From positions 640,001 to 704,000 of the forward strand of contig CAVQKE010000001.1 of NCBI GenBank assembly GCA_963713045.1: 64,000 bases of DNA, written 5' to 3'. The notes below the pieces were generated by a model, which had not been told where the DNA came from, ran no database searches, and worked only from the letters and a program-made list of their open reading frames with translations. Every line of letters starts with the position of its first letter. Positions within the stretch are counted from its first letter, which is position 1. Shown here one piece after another: positions 1 through 9,749 of this stretch. Source of the DNA: an uncultured delta proteobacterium (lineage in GTDB: Bacteria > Myxococcota > Myxococcia > Myxococcales > Myxococcaceae). Both the position numbers and the translations under genes were made by a program.

Positions 1-1
1 C

Positions 2-271
2 GTGAAATTCATCGAAGCCGACTACCAGCACACCTTTCCGAAGGACGGGAAGCAGCCGGCGCCCAGCGTGACGGAGATGGAGGAACGCCTATCGGCGGCC
101 GTCGAGCTCAGCCCGGAGGCTTTGCCTGCGCTCGGTCGGCGCCGAGGGGAGGTGGCCCGTGACCGAATTCTCCAGTCGGCGCAGGTGGAACCCGAGCGCC
201 TCTTTCTGGTCGAAGGCGGCGAGCGGGCCACCAAGGAAAAGGGCCCGCGTGTCTACTTCACCCTCAAGTAA
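2..271 (+). CDS. C-terminal fragment of probable DUF748/AsmA-like envelope protein (5' truncated by window edge)
   Basis: Ends ...LPALGRRRGEVARDRILQSAQVEPERLFLV...RVYFTLK, resembling DUF748 C-termini; open at the window start. Confidence 0.55.
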   Translation: MKFIEADYQHTFPKDGKQPAPSVTEMEERLSAAVELSPEALPALGRRRGEVARDRILQSAQVEPERLFLVEGGERATKEKGPRVYFTLK

Positions 272-298
272 GAGGGCGCCCGAACGCCTTTCCAAGGG

Positions 299-1696
299 TT
301 AGAAGACGTAGGCCAGCGCGAAGAGCAAGCTCAACGTCTGCGCGGTGAGCGGCTGATGGAGATTGATGAGCCCGCCAACAGCAGGCGGGATGACCTGCAA
401 GGGGATGACGCCATTCCCCCACTCGTAACCCAAACCGACCGAGCCCGACAGGTGTGGACTGTTGAAGGAGATGCCCCCGCGCACACCGTAGAAGCTAATG
501 GATTGAAATACGTTCGACGGAACATTCCCTGGCGCAAGGGCCGAGTAAAAGCCCGCCAGGATGCTGATGAGTTTGCTTACCTTGACGCTGCCCCCAACGT
601 TCAAGTCGACGACGTTGCGCGTCCCCCAGGTTTGGGCCGGGAAGGGACTGACCACCTTTTGCGGCGGAGTCCCGTTCACCGCGTTGACCACAGTGACCGG
701 AAGGGAAGAATTCACCAGGATGTACGGGCCGGTGGCAATGTACCAGTGCGCATCCAGTTCAAGCTCGGCCGGGCCGAGCTTGAACGCCAGGCCCGCGCTG
801 ATTTCCCCGGGAATCACATAGTTGAAGGTTGCGCCGGTGTCGCGAAAACTCAACTGGCGCGTGCTCGAGGGGCTGGTCACGTTCTGCGAGTCGACTCCCT
901 GCACGGTGAGGTTGCCGCTCGAAAAAAGGCGCACCGCAGGCGGCTGGAGCACCGCTCCCACTCCGAGCCAGGGCAGCGCATCCCATTGAAAGCTGACGGT
1001 CGGCAGCAGGTGAAAGTTGTAGGCGTAGAAGGCGACCGTACGGACCGAGTTGGTCAGCGACGAGGCGGTGTTGAGCGAGGCGCTCAGCTGCCCACTGTTG
1101 TTGAGCTGGGTGTAAGGAACTGACAACTCGAAGCCAAGCCGCAGCCGCTCGCTCACCGCGTAAGCCACTGCCACATCCGGTTGGTACTGGGTAAAGGATG
1201 AGTTCACGCTGTAATAGACGCTGGTTGAATTCGAGACGGCTGCGCCGAGGTTGATGCCTTGATTCCAGGCGACGGGGGTGCTGACCCCAAAGCCGAACCG
1301 CACATTCTTGAGGGGGATGGCTTCCTCACCGAGAACGATGCCGACGAAGTTTGGCACCGCACTGAGATTAGATTGCTGGGTCCCCGCACCGAGTTCATTG
1401 GAGCCTTGCAAGAATGTCAGCTGGTAGCCCTGGACGCTTGCATTCACCGTGGTCCGCGTCGACAAGACGAGGCCCGCAGGGTTGTACCAAAGCGCCGGAG
1501 GGGTCCCTGACCGCACCAGCGCGGCGCCAGCCATGATGGATTCGTCGAGACCTGGGAATACCCGGTTGAAATTCGGCGCAAGCAACGTCGGGGGAAACAG
1601 CGGCTGTTGAGCCGCTGCCCATCCTGGGAGAAGAAGTGCGCCAGCGAGCACCACCAGTCGTCCCCGTCTCCGACGAACGACCTGTCCGCCTTCCAT
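299..1696 (-). CDS. Outer-membrane beta-barrel protein, FadL/OmpP1-like
   Basis: Signal peptide (VVLAGALLLPGWAAA-Q), ALWYNPAGL motif typical of the FadL N-terminus, alternating beta-strand pattern, C-terminal Phe (ALAYVF); exact start uncertain. Confidence 0.65.
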   Translation of the reverse strand: MEGGQVVRRRRGRLVVLAGALLLPGWAAAQQPLFPPTLLAPNFNRVFPGLDESIMAGAALVRSGTPPALWYNPAGLVLSTRTTVNASVQGYQLTFLQGSNELGAGTQQSNLSAVPNFVGIVLGEEAIPLKNVRFGFGVSTPVAWNQGINLGAAVSNSTSVYYSVNSSFTQYQPDVAVAYAVSERLRLGFELSVPYTQLNNSGQLSASLNTASSLTNSVRTVAFYAYNFHLLPTVSFQWDALPWLGVGAVLQPPAVRLFSSGNLTVQGVDSQNVTSPSSTRQLSFRDTGATFNYVIPGEISAGLAFKLGPAELELDAHWYIATGPYILVNSSLPVTVVNAVNGTPPQKVVSPFPAQTWGTRNVVDLNVGGSVKVSKLISILAGFYSALAPGNVPSNVFQSISFYGVRGGISFNSPHLSGSVGLGYEWGNGVIPLQVIPPAVGGLINLHQPLTAQTLSLLFALAYVF

Positions 1697-1951
1697 CCGT
1701 CCCTCACCCTGGTGCCGATGGCCGCTTCTTCAACGCTAATAGAGCGGGCCTCTCAGGGTCACCGCCCAAGCGCGCCGGCTTTGCACTTTTCCGCCCATTG
1801 GCGCCAGGAAGTCCGTTCGCACTTGGGGGAAACGACGCGTTGGAACGCGGAAAACAGACCGCTTCGTGGCGAAGACACTCGGAAGCCGACGGCAGCGCTT
1901 CTCGCCTTGGGCAGACAGAGAGGCGGGCGTCCTGATAGGAGTGTTCTGCCG

Positions 1952-2533
1952 ATGAGAAGACCGATGGTATGGGTCGCGCTTGCCACCGCAGCGCTGGGGT
2001 GCCCTGCAAATCCTGCGAAGACGAGTTTGGAGCCAAGCGCTCCGGCAGCAGCCTCAGTCTCGACGGATAGCCTCGAGAAGCGCTACGCCGGAACCTACGT
2101 CTACATCGGACCGAGCTCAGAACGGGCAGCGGTGGAAGCGGCAGTGGACGCGGCGACCGAGGGAATGATTGGGGTGCACATCGCTCGCCAAGAAATACTG
2201 AAGCGCTCGGAAATCCGTCCCACGTACACCATCAGCTTCGACGACAAGGGAGACGTCAGCGTCGAGACGCCGGGGTACCCCCCGGAGGTTTCGCCCCTCA
2301 ACGGCACCGAAGTGAAGCTGACCGACAAATACGGTGACGCCGTGGAAAACAGTCAACAATTCGTCGACGGTGCGCTTCTGCAACAGGGCAGAACGAACGA
2401 CGGAAGCGGTTCAACGCAGTTCAAGCTTCAGCTGGATGGCAACACCCTGCGCGTCACTCGGGTGAGCAAGAGTCCGAAATTGCCCAGACCGGTCGAATTC
2501 AAGCTCACCTATCATCGCCGTCAGGGACCTTAG
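1952..2533 (+). CDS. Hypothetical lipoprotein
   Basis: AGGAG SD at 1937-1941, ATG 1952, lipobox ALATAALG-C; beta-rich mature part. Confidence 0.7.
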   Translation: MRRPMVWVALATAALGCPANPAKTSLEPSAPAAASVSTDSLEKRYAGTYVYIGPSSERAAVEAAVDAATEGMIGVHIARQEILKRSEIRPTYTISFDDKGDVSVETPGYPPEVSPLNGTEVKLTDKYGDAVENSQQFVDGALLQQGRTNDGSGSTQFKLQLDGNTLRVTRVSKSPKLPRPVEFKLTYHRRQGP

Positions 2534-2638
2534 AGCCGCTGCCACCGTGGCCGCGGGCACGCCAACCCGTGCATGGCGAGCGCGAGGCGCTACGCCCGAC
2601 GGGGCGGCGGCCGATGTTGAGGCCCGGGCAAAAGCGCT

Positions 2639-2686
2639 AAAAAAGGGGCCGGAGCAGCCTGGCAGAAGCACCAGCAACTCCGACCC
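2639..2686 (-). terminator. Intrinsic terminator downstream of tRNA-Pro
   Basis: Minus strand GGGTCGGAG...CTCCGGCCC stem followed by TTTTTT. Confidence 0.65.
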
Positions 2687-2695
2687 ATACACCCT

Positions 2696-2770
<75 letters not shown>

Positions 2771-2830
2771 GGCACTAGCGACGATGGACGGCCGAGCGTC
2801 CTTTTCACTCGACTTCCTCCGGGAGTGGAC

Positions 2831-2860
2831 CTCGTAACCGATGCCGGAACGCGACGTCAA
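2831..2860 (-). promoter_or_regulatory. Putative sigma70 promoter of the tRNA
   Basis: TTGACG (2860-2855), 18 nt, TACGAG (2836-2831). Confidence 0.45.
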
Positions 2861-3084
2861 CGGTAGGCGGTCCGAGGGCCAGGCGTCCTTTGCGCTTTCC
2901 CAGGCGCCATCCAGTGCCCTCGCCGCCGACCCTGGGGCCCCCGGCCCGGCACGACGAGGGACGGCTGTCTCGGCTTTTCAGGGTTTCCCGCGTTTGGCCG
3001 CGAAGGGGGTAGGAGCTGACCTGCAGCCTCGGACTGACCCAGGGAGGGACCCTCCAACACGCTGAAATTGCGGGCGTCTGCGGG

Positions 3085-3100
3085 TGGAACCGTTCTTGCA
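3085..3100 (+). promoter_or_regulatory. Putative sigma54 (-24/-12) promoter for the response regulator
   Basis: TGGAAC-CGTTC-TTGCA fits TGGCAC-N5-TTGCW with exact GG-N10-GC spacing, about 40 nt before the ATG. Confidence 0.55.
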
Positions 3101-3139
3101 ATCAACCGGGGACAGACACGTTGCATCTTCGAGCTGACC

Positions 3140-3514
3140 ATGGCTGACAAGCCGACCATTCTCATTGCAGACGACGAACCGGGTGTTGTTGCCGCCCTGG
3201 CCCGCGAAGCACGGCGCGCGGGCCTTTCCTACATCACCGACACCAGCTCGCGCCTGGTGCACGAACTGGCGCTCAAGCACCAGCCGGCGGTCATCATCCT
3301 CGACCTCAAGCAGCATGTGGATGGTCGAGACCTGCTGGCGAGCCTCAAGAAGGACCCGCGAACCAAGCACATCAAGGTGCTGGTGTTGTCCGCAATTGAG
3401 GACCAATTCACGCGGCACGTTTGCCTCGAGCTCGGTGCCGACGATTATGACGTAAAGCCGTTCGACCCCTGCTTCATGTCGAAGGTGGCGCGACTGGCGG
3501 GCGTGAAGAACTAG
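3140..3514 (+). CDS. Single-domain response regulator (CheY-like receiver)
   Basis: ILIADDE, IILD (phospho-Asp), VLSA, GADDYDVKPF. Confidence 0.92.
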   Translation: MADKPTILIADDEPGVVAALAREARRAGLSYITDTSSRLVHELALKHQPAVIILDLKQHVDGRDLLASLKKDPRTKHIKVLVLSAIEDQFTRHVCLELGADDYDVKPFDPCFMSKVARLAGVKN

Positions 3515-3643
3515 CCCGAAGGCTTTCTCCAGGCTCCGGGCGACCCCCTCCCGGCCGGAGCCAGCACTGGCGCCTCGGGGCCGCTTCGCGGCCCGGCGGC
3601 GCCGTGCGACTTTGCGGGGCCGTGGAGTAGAAGGGGACTGCCG

Positions 3644-5155
3644 ATGAGCCCTGGTTTCGACAGCGCGCAGAACCTCGAGCGCCGGGTCAGCAAGCTCACT
3701 TCGGTCCTGGACGTGGCCAAGGCGATGGCCGCGGCCCGAAACCTGGAGTCGCTGCTGCCGCTCATCATCCTCGAGGCAGCGAAGGTGGTGGATGCCGACC
3801 GCTGCACGCTGTTCATCCTTGACCGAGACCGCGGGGAGCTGTGGAGCAAGGTGGCGCAAGGTGCGGCCAAGGAGATTCGCGTCAAACTGGGTCGCGGCAT
3901 CGCTGGGACGGTGGCCGAGACGGGTGCTGTCATCAACATCACCGATGCCTACCAGGACCCGCGCTTCAACCGTGACATCGACCTCACCACCGGTTACCGG
4001 ACACGCACTGTGCTGTGCGTCCCGATGCGCGATGCGGCGGGCGAAGTCACCGGCGTGCTTCAGGCGCTGAACAAGCATGAGGGCGCCTTTGGAGAGGAAG
4101 ACACCGAGCTGCTCCTCGCACTTGGGGGTCAAGCGGCCGGGGCCATCGAGAACGCTCTGCTCCACGAGGAAATCAGCCGCCTCTTCGAGGGCTTTGTGGC
4201 CGCGTCGGTGGTGGCCATCGAGTCCCGAGACCCGACCACGGCTGGCCATTCCGGGCGGGTCGCCTCGCTCACCGTCGGTCTGGCCGAGGCCATCGAGCAC
4301 GTGGACCGGGGGCCCTACGCCCGGCTGCGCTTTTCGACCCAGGACGTGCAAGAGATTCGCTACGCCAGCCTCCTGCATGACTTCGGCAAGGTCGGCGTCC
4401 GCGAGCCGGTGTTGGTGAAGGCAGAGAAGCTGTACCCGCACGAGTTGGCGGTACTCCAGGCGCGCTTCGAGGTGGCGCGGAAAGACCTCATGTTGAAGAG
4501 CTACCAGCGGCGCTGGAGCGCGGTCGGGCGCCGGGGGGAGCGAGCACTGTCAGAGGTGGAGGGCGAGGAAGAGGAACGACTCGCACGGGAGTTGGCGCAG
4601 CTGGACGAGATGCGCCAATTCGTCCTCGCCTGCAACAAGCCGACAGTGCTGGCTCAGGAGGGATTTGAGCGGCTGTCCGAGGTGGCCCGCTTTTCTTTTG
4701 ACGACGGACAGGGTGAGGAGCGCCCCCTCCTCATCCCCCGGGAACTGGAGTGCCTGTCCATCTCCCGCGGCTCGCTTTCTGCCGGAGAGCGAATCGAAAT
4801 TGAAAGCCACGTCACCCACACCTTTCGCTTTCTCTCGCAGATTCCGTGGACGCGGGCCCTGCGGCGCGTGCCGGACATCGCCTATGCCCATCATGAGCGG
4901 CTGAACGGCCGCGGCTACCCACGCTCCATCCCCGCGCAAGACATCCCGGTGCAGTCGAAGATGATGGCCATCGCCGACGTTTACGACGCCCTCACCGCCG
5001 CGGACCGCCCCTACAAGAAGGCCGTCCCCACGGTGCAGGCGCTGGCCATCATCGAGCAGGAGTCCAAAGCGGGAATGCTCGACGAGGAGCTGTTCCGCGT
5101 CTTCGTCCAAGCCGAAGTCCCGAGAAAAGCACTGGCCCCGCTTCGGGACGGCTGA
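3644..5155 (+). CDS. GAF + HD-GYP cyclic dinucleotide phosphodiesterase (HD-GYP interrupted by an insertion)
   Basis: GAF (DADRCTLF...GIAGTVA...FNRDID...NK), GHSGRV, LLHDFGKVG, HHERLNGRGYP, IADVYDALT, RPYK. Confidence 0.92.
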   Translation: MSPGFDSAQNLERRVSKLTSVLDVAKAMAAARNLESLLPLIILEAAKVVDADRCTLFILDRDRGELWSKVAQGAAKEIRVKLGRGIAGTVAETGAVINITDAYQDPRFNRDIDLTTGYRTRTVLCVPMRDAAGEVTGVLQALNKHEGAFGEEDTELLLALGGQAAGAIENALLHEEISRLFEGFVAASVVAIESRDPTTAGHSGRVASLTVGLAEAIEHVDRGPYARLRFSTQDVQEIRYASLLHDFGKVGVREPVLVKAEKLYPHELAVLQARFEVARKDLMLKSYQRRWSAVGRRGERALSEVEGEEEERLARELAQLDEMRQFVLACNKPTVLAQEGFERLSEVARFSFDDGQGEERPLLIPRELECLSISRGSLSAGERIEIESHVTHTFRFLSQIPWTRALRRVPDIAYAHHERLNGRGYPRSIPAQDIPVQSKMMAIADVYDALTAADRPYKKAVPTVQALAIIEQESKAGMLDEELFRVFVQAEVPRKALAPLRDG

Positions 5156-5168
5156 ACCGGCAGCGGAT

Positions 5169-6818
5169 TCACTGCAGTCCCGGGGGTGCGGCGTGAAGCA
5201 AGGCCCGCCCCGGCAGGGCCTCGGTGCGGATGCCGTCGCGGAGGACGACCTGGCCGTTGACCAGCACCAAGTCAATGCCCACTGGGTACTGCTTTGGGGC
5301 TTCGTAGGTGGCGGTATCGGCGATGGTGGCGGCGTCGAAAACCACCACATCCGCGGCCATGCCGACCCGGAGCAGGCCTCGGTCGAAGAGGCCAAGGCGA
5401 GCGGCGGGAAGCGACGTCATCTTTCGCACTGCCTCTTCGAGGGGGAAGAGCGTCTCCTCGCGGACGTAGTGGCCGAGCACACGAGGCATGGCACCAAAGG
5501 CCCGGGGGTGCGTTTGGTCAGCAGCAAGGGGGCCGTCCACGGCGAGTGCGGCGGCATCGGTGCCGAATGACGTCCAGGGCTGGCGCATCGCCAGGCGCAG
5601 GTCGCTCTCGTCCATGGAGAAGCGCTCCACCAGGGTGTTGTTGCCCCGGTCGGCGAGGACCAGGTCGACCAGCGCCCCGGCAGCAGTGACTCCGCCCTCC
5701 TTGGCCAGCTGCGCCAGTGTCTTGCCCTCCGCCGGCTTGGCCTCGGGAAGGACACAGGACACCACGGTGATGCGCTCCGGCTCATCGCCATCGGCCCAGC
5801 TCTGGGTGACCTCCCGCTCCACCCGCGCCCGCTGCTCGGGGTCGCGCAACCGCTCGAGCATGGCGCTGGTGCCGCCGGCCATCACCCAGCCGGGGAGGTC
5901 CGCCGTCAGGTCATTCATCGCGGCGAGATAGGGATAGACGTTTGCGGCGATGTCGACGCCCTCGGTGCGGGCGAGCGCAATGCGCTGAACCACGTCCGCC
6001 ATTCGCCCCCAGTTGCGCTTTCCCGCGACCTTGAGATGCCAGACGTCGACCGGGATGCGGGCGCGCTGGCCGATGGCAATGGCCTCCTCCAGCGCTTCGA
6101 GAACCCCATCCCCCTCCTCACGCAGGTGGGTGGCGTAGAAGCCGCCCCAGGCGGAGGCCGCCTGTGCGAGCGCGACCAGCTCGTCGGTGGTCGCATAGCT
6201 TGCCGGCGCGTATTGCAGCGCCGAGCCGAGGCCGAAGGCTCCCTGACGCATCTGCTTTCGGACCTCGACCTGCATCCGCAGCAGCTGCTCTGGCGTCGGC
6301 GGCCCCTGGGCAAAGCCCATGACTGCGGCGCGGACCTGGGTGGCGCCGACGATGGTTGCTAAGTTGACGGCCGACCGCGCGAGGCGAAAGCGTTTCCAGT
6401 AGCCAGTCAAGTCCGTCCAGTCGATGCGCAAATGGTGAAGCGCCAACCCATCTGCCAGCTGCGCGACCAGCGGGGCCGTCATCGGCGCGATGCTTCGCCC
6501 TTCGCCGGTCAGTTCGGTGGTGATGCCCTGGCGAATTTTCGACTCGGCCCTCCCATCGACGAGAAGCGCCAGCGCGGACTGGCCCAGCATGTCGATGAAG
6601 CCGGGTGCGACGAAGCGACCGTTGAGGTCGATGCGCTGTTTCGCCGCGGCTCCATGGAGGTCACCGACGGCTGCGATGCGGTCCCCCTGAATGGCGACGT
6701 CAGCGCGGAACCAGGGTGCTCCAGTCCCGTCCAGGACGCGGCCGTTCTCAAGAACGATGTCGTAGCGTTCAGCCTGAGCCGACAGCGACACTGCCACCAG
6801 CAGAGCGAGCAAGCCCAC
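5169..6818 (-). CDS. Secreted N-acyl-D-amino-acid deacylase (D-aminoacylase) family amidohydrolase
   Basis: Signal peptide; NGRVLDGTG, APGFID, THLR, WHLK, HPRAFG, RKMTSLPA, ADVVVFD. Confidence 0.88.
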   Translation of the reverse strand: MGLLALLVAVSLSAQAERYDIVLENGRVLDGTGAPWFRADVAIQGDRIAAVGDLHGAAAKQRIDLNGRFVAPGFIDMLGQSALALLVDGRAESKIRQGITTELTGEGRSIAPMTAPLVAQLADGLALHHLRIDWTDLTGYWKRFRLARSAVNLATIVGATQVRAAVMGFAQGPPTPEQLLRMQVEVRKQMRQGAFGLGSALQYAPASYATTDELVALAQAASAWGGFYATHLREEGDGVLEALEEAIAIGQRARIPVDVWHLKVAGKRNWGRMADVVQRIALARTEGVDIAANVYPYLAAMNDLTADLPGWVMAGGTSAMLERLRDPEQRARVEREVTQSWADGDEPERITVVSCVLPEAKPAEGKTLAQLAKEGGVTAAGALVDLVLADRGNNTLVERFSMDESDLRLAMRQPWTSFGTDAAALAVDGPLAADQTHPRAFGAMPRVLGHYVREETLFPLEEAVRKMTSLPAARLGLFDRGLLRVGMAADVVVFDAATIADTATYEAPKQYPVGIDLVLVNGQVVLRDGIRTEALPGRALLHAAPPGLQ

Positions 6819-6870
6819 GGGGCAGTAGCCTAACCGCAGCGACCAACGTCCCCTCCCCAGGGCTGATGCC

Positions 6871-8295
6871 TCAGACGATGGTATGCAGCCGGACGGTGTT
6901 GGTGTGGCCTGCCTTCCCTACCGGAGAGCCGAAGACCACCACCACCCGGTCACCGGCGTGGGCAAATCCCCGGCTGACCAGCTCCTCTTCCACCCGCCGC
7001 ACCATGTCTTCGGCACGGTCCAGGGGTTCCAGCACCCGGGGCACCACGCCCCACAGCAGGGACAGAGTGCGACGGACCTCCTGGTTCGGCGAAAAGGCGA
7101 CCACCGGGACGGGAGGGCGGTAGTGGCTCAGCAAGCGGGCCGTCGAGCCGGAGAGGGTGAAGGCTGCGATGGCCACTGCGTTGGACAGCCGCGCCGCTTC
7201 GCAGGCGATGGCCGCCGTCACATCCGGGAAGGATGCCGGCGCCGTCAGCGGCAGCCGCTGCGGCACCCGCCCTTGCATTCGCGCCGCGCTCTCCGCCGCC
7301 AGGATGATGCGGTCCATCATCTGGACGCTTTCCGCAGGGTAGGCGCCGGAGGCCGTTTCCCCGGAGAGCATCAGGGCATCCGCCCCGTCAAAAATGGCGT
7401 TGGCCACATCAGACGCCTCAGCGCGCGTGGGACGCGGATGTTCAATCATCGAATTGAGCATCTGGGTGGCGACGATGACTGGGAGCCCCCGGGTGTTGGC
7501 CCGGCGGATGATGTCCTTTTGGATGGCGGGCACTTCCTCGGGTGGAATCTCCACGCCGAGGTCACCCCGGGCGACCATGACGCCGTTGGCTCTGTCCAGA
7601 ATGGCATCCAGGCGCGCGATGGCCTCCGGCTTCTCCAGCTTGGCGACGATGGGGACCTGACGGCCGGCCTCTGACATCGCCGCGCGGGTCTGATCCAAAT
7701 CGCTCGGCTGCCGGACGAAGGACAGGCCGATGAAGTCGATGCCCGCCTTGAGTCCGAAGACGAGGTCCTCGCGGTCCTTCGGGGTCAGGGCCTCGGCCCG
7801 GAGCGCAACGCCGGGCAGGTTGATGCCCTTGCTGTTGGTGAGCGTGCCACCGTGGATGACTTCAGTCACCACCTTGCTTTTCTTGTCCGTCTCCACCACC
7901 ACCAGTTCCAGCAGTCCGTCGTCCAACAGGATGCGGTCCCCGCGGTTCACGTCGGCGGCGAGGTGGGGGTAGGTGGTGGCCAACAACTCCGCGGTTCCCA
8001 GCACGGTTTCGTCGGTGGTGATGCTGAGCGTCGCTCCGGGCAGGAGTTCGACGCTGCCCCCTTGGAGCTTTCCGGTGCGAATTTTCGGCCCTTGGAGGTC
8101 CCCTAGAATGCCTACCCCTTTGCGCACCTTCAGGGAGGCAGCCCTCAGCATGGAAATGGTCTTCGCATGTTGCTCGTGCGTCCCGTGCGAGAAGTTGAGG
8201 CGCGCGACGTCCATCCCACCGGCGAGCAGCTTCTCCAGCATGCCGGGGTCGAGGCTTGCGGGCCCCAGAGTGCAGACGATTTTGGCGCGACGCAT
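6871..8295 (-). CDS. pyk: Pyruvate kinase
   Basis: MRRAKIVCTLGPAS, ARLNFSHG, DLQGPKIRTG, VMVARGDLGVE, ATQMLNSMIEHPRPTRAE. Confidence 0.98.
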   Translation of the reverse strand: MRRAKIVCTLGPASLDPGMLEKLLAGGMDVARLNFSHGTHEQHAKTISMLRAASLKVRKGVGILGDLQGPKIRTGKLQGGSVELLPGATLSITTDETVLGTAELLATTYPHLAADVNRGDRILLDDGLLELVVVETDKKSKVVTEVIHGGTLTNSKGINLPGVALRAEALTPKDREDLVFGLKAGIDFIGLSFVRQPSDLDQTRAAMSEAGRQVPIVAKLEKPEAIARLDAILDRANGVMVARGDLGVEIPPEEVPAIQKDIIRRANTRGLPVIVATQMLNSMIEHPRPTRAEASDVANAIFDGADALMLSGETASGAYPAESVQMMDRIILAAESAARMQGRVPQRLPLTAPASFPDVTAAIACEAARLSNAVAIAAFTLSGSTARLLSHYRPPVPVVAFSPNQEVRRTLSLLWGVVPRVLEPLDRAEDMVRRVEEELVSRGFAHAGDRVVVVFGSPVGKAGHTNTVRLHTIV

Positions 8296-8355
8296 GAGAC
8301 TCCATTGTGTAAGGCGCAACCCGCAAGGGCGCAAGGGACGGGCACTGCCGGGCCT

Positions 8356-9114
8356 TCAGCGGGCGAGCAGCACGCCGAGATTCTCCCGCTCCCAGCGCAA
8401 GGCGGCGCGGTAGAAGGGAAACGACTTCTCCCGGTCACGGAAGGCGCGCGGGTGGTGCATCCGGCGTCCCGGGCCGTGGGAGCTGGGAAACACCTGGTGC
8501 AGCATCTCGTGGAAGACGATGAACTCGACGAAGAAGCGCGGCACCGCAGGCTGGTCAAGCGCAGGGTGAAGCCGGATTTCTCGCGTCTGATGGTCATAGA
8601 CACCGAGTCGGATGGACTTGCGTCGGCGCCGGGCGGAGCTGCGTCCCCAGCCAATGGTGGCGCGCACCCCGCCTTTAAAATGCAAGTCATTGAGCTGATG
8701 GAAAATCTCGCTCAGGTCATAGGTCCGGCCGAGCGGGGAGAGAATCTCGTCGCCGGCGTCTCGGTGTTGGCGGATGCGGGGCTGCTCCCGCCGGACAAAG
8801 TCGTCGAGAAGCCGGCCCGCCCGCCGATGCCCACGACCGGCGTAGTCGGCGACGGCCCGCACCACCGGTGCCGGTGCATCCAGAAACATGTGGTGCAGCC
8901 GGAGCCGGAGTGCTGCCGGAGCGCGGCGAAAGCTCACCATGGTGCTGCGGTTGTCGGTCACGGAAAGCCTGACCGGCACACCCAACTCAGCCGACAGGGA
9001 CTGCGCCAAGGCGGCCGCCTTCTCGAGAAGCACCTCTCGCGCCGGCAAACGGCGCGTGCCCGCCGTTTCGGGCACGAGCAGCAACAGCTGGCGTGGGGAG
9101 GTATCGGAAGCCAC
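8356..9114 (-). CDS. SprT-like zinc metalloprotease
   Basis: IRLGVY...IRLHPALD...FIVFHEMLH...HPRAFR; GTG start inferred. Confidence 0.8.
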   Translation of the reverse strand: MASDTSPRQLLLLVPETAGTRRLPAREVLLEKAAALAQSLSAELGVPVRLSVTDNRSTMVSFRRAPAALRLRLHHMFLDAPAPVVRAVADYAGRGHRRAGRLLDDFVRREQPRIRQHRDAGDEILSPLGRTYDLSEIFHQLNDLHFKGGVRATIGWGRSSARRRRKSIRLGVYDHQTREIRLHPALDQPAVPRFFVEFIVFHEMLHQVFPSSHGPGRRMHHPRAFRDREKSFPFYRAALRWERENLGVLLAR

Positions 9115-9149
9115 TCTGTGGGCAAATCCTAGCCCGACCGCGGCTCGAC

Positions 9150-9749
9150 TCAAGCTGTGCGACGCCCCGGGCGGAGTGGCTCGGCACCGTGGGCACGGAC
9201 TTCGGCGCGCAGGCGCCTTCGCAGTGCTTCGAGCGACTGCGCGTCCTGCCCAAACGCGCGCAGCAACGCTCCACGCCCATCCGCCTCCTCCACTGCCAGG
9301 CACCTCGGTTCTCCCGAGGCCAGGGCCCGTTCCACCGATGCGTCTCGCTCCACCGCCAGCGCCCAATCCGCTGTGTCGGTGGGCTCAAATGGGTAGAGCA
9401 TGCAGGCGGTTGGCCGAACGCTTGGGGGGAGGCTGCACCCCGTGCGCCGGTCCAGGAAGACGCAGGCACCCTGGCTGCGGGCAAGCGTCAGCCGCACCAT
9501 CCCTTGTCGAAAGTAGCCTCGCCAGCCCGGCCGAAGGCTTTCATAAGCTCGCGCCTCTGCCTCGCTGAAGACCTCTTGCTGCAGGAAGGCGGTGCGCGCG
9601 AGGTGGGTGGCAGTCTGGATGCGCGCCACATCGGCCCAAGTCAGCGTCGCCAGCGACTCGTCGTCGGCCGCCTCACAGCAGGAGCGGCCGAGGCGCGCGG
9701 CGCACCGGGAGCAGGCCGAGGCGCCCGCACCGGTCAGCGGCACCCTCAC
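9150..9749 (-). CDS. YkgJ family Cys-cluster (CxxCxxCC) protein
   Basis: CSRC...SCC, CVFLD...GC, RPTACMLYPF; 4-nt overlap with the NFACT gene. Confidence 0.8.
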   Translation of the reverse strand: MRVPLTGAGASACSRCAARLGRSCCEAADDESLATLTWADVARIQTATHLARTAFLQQEVFSEAEARAYESLRPGWRGYFRQGMVRLTLARSQGACVFLDRRTGCSLPPSVRPTACMLYPFEPTDTADWALAVERDASVERALASGEPRCLAVEEADGRGALLRAFGQDAQSLEALRRRLRAEVRAHGAEPLRPGRRTA

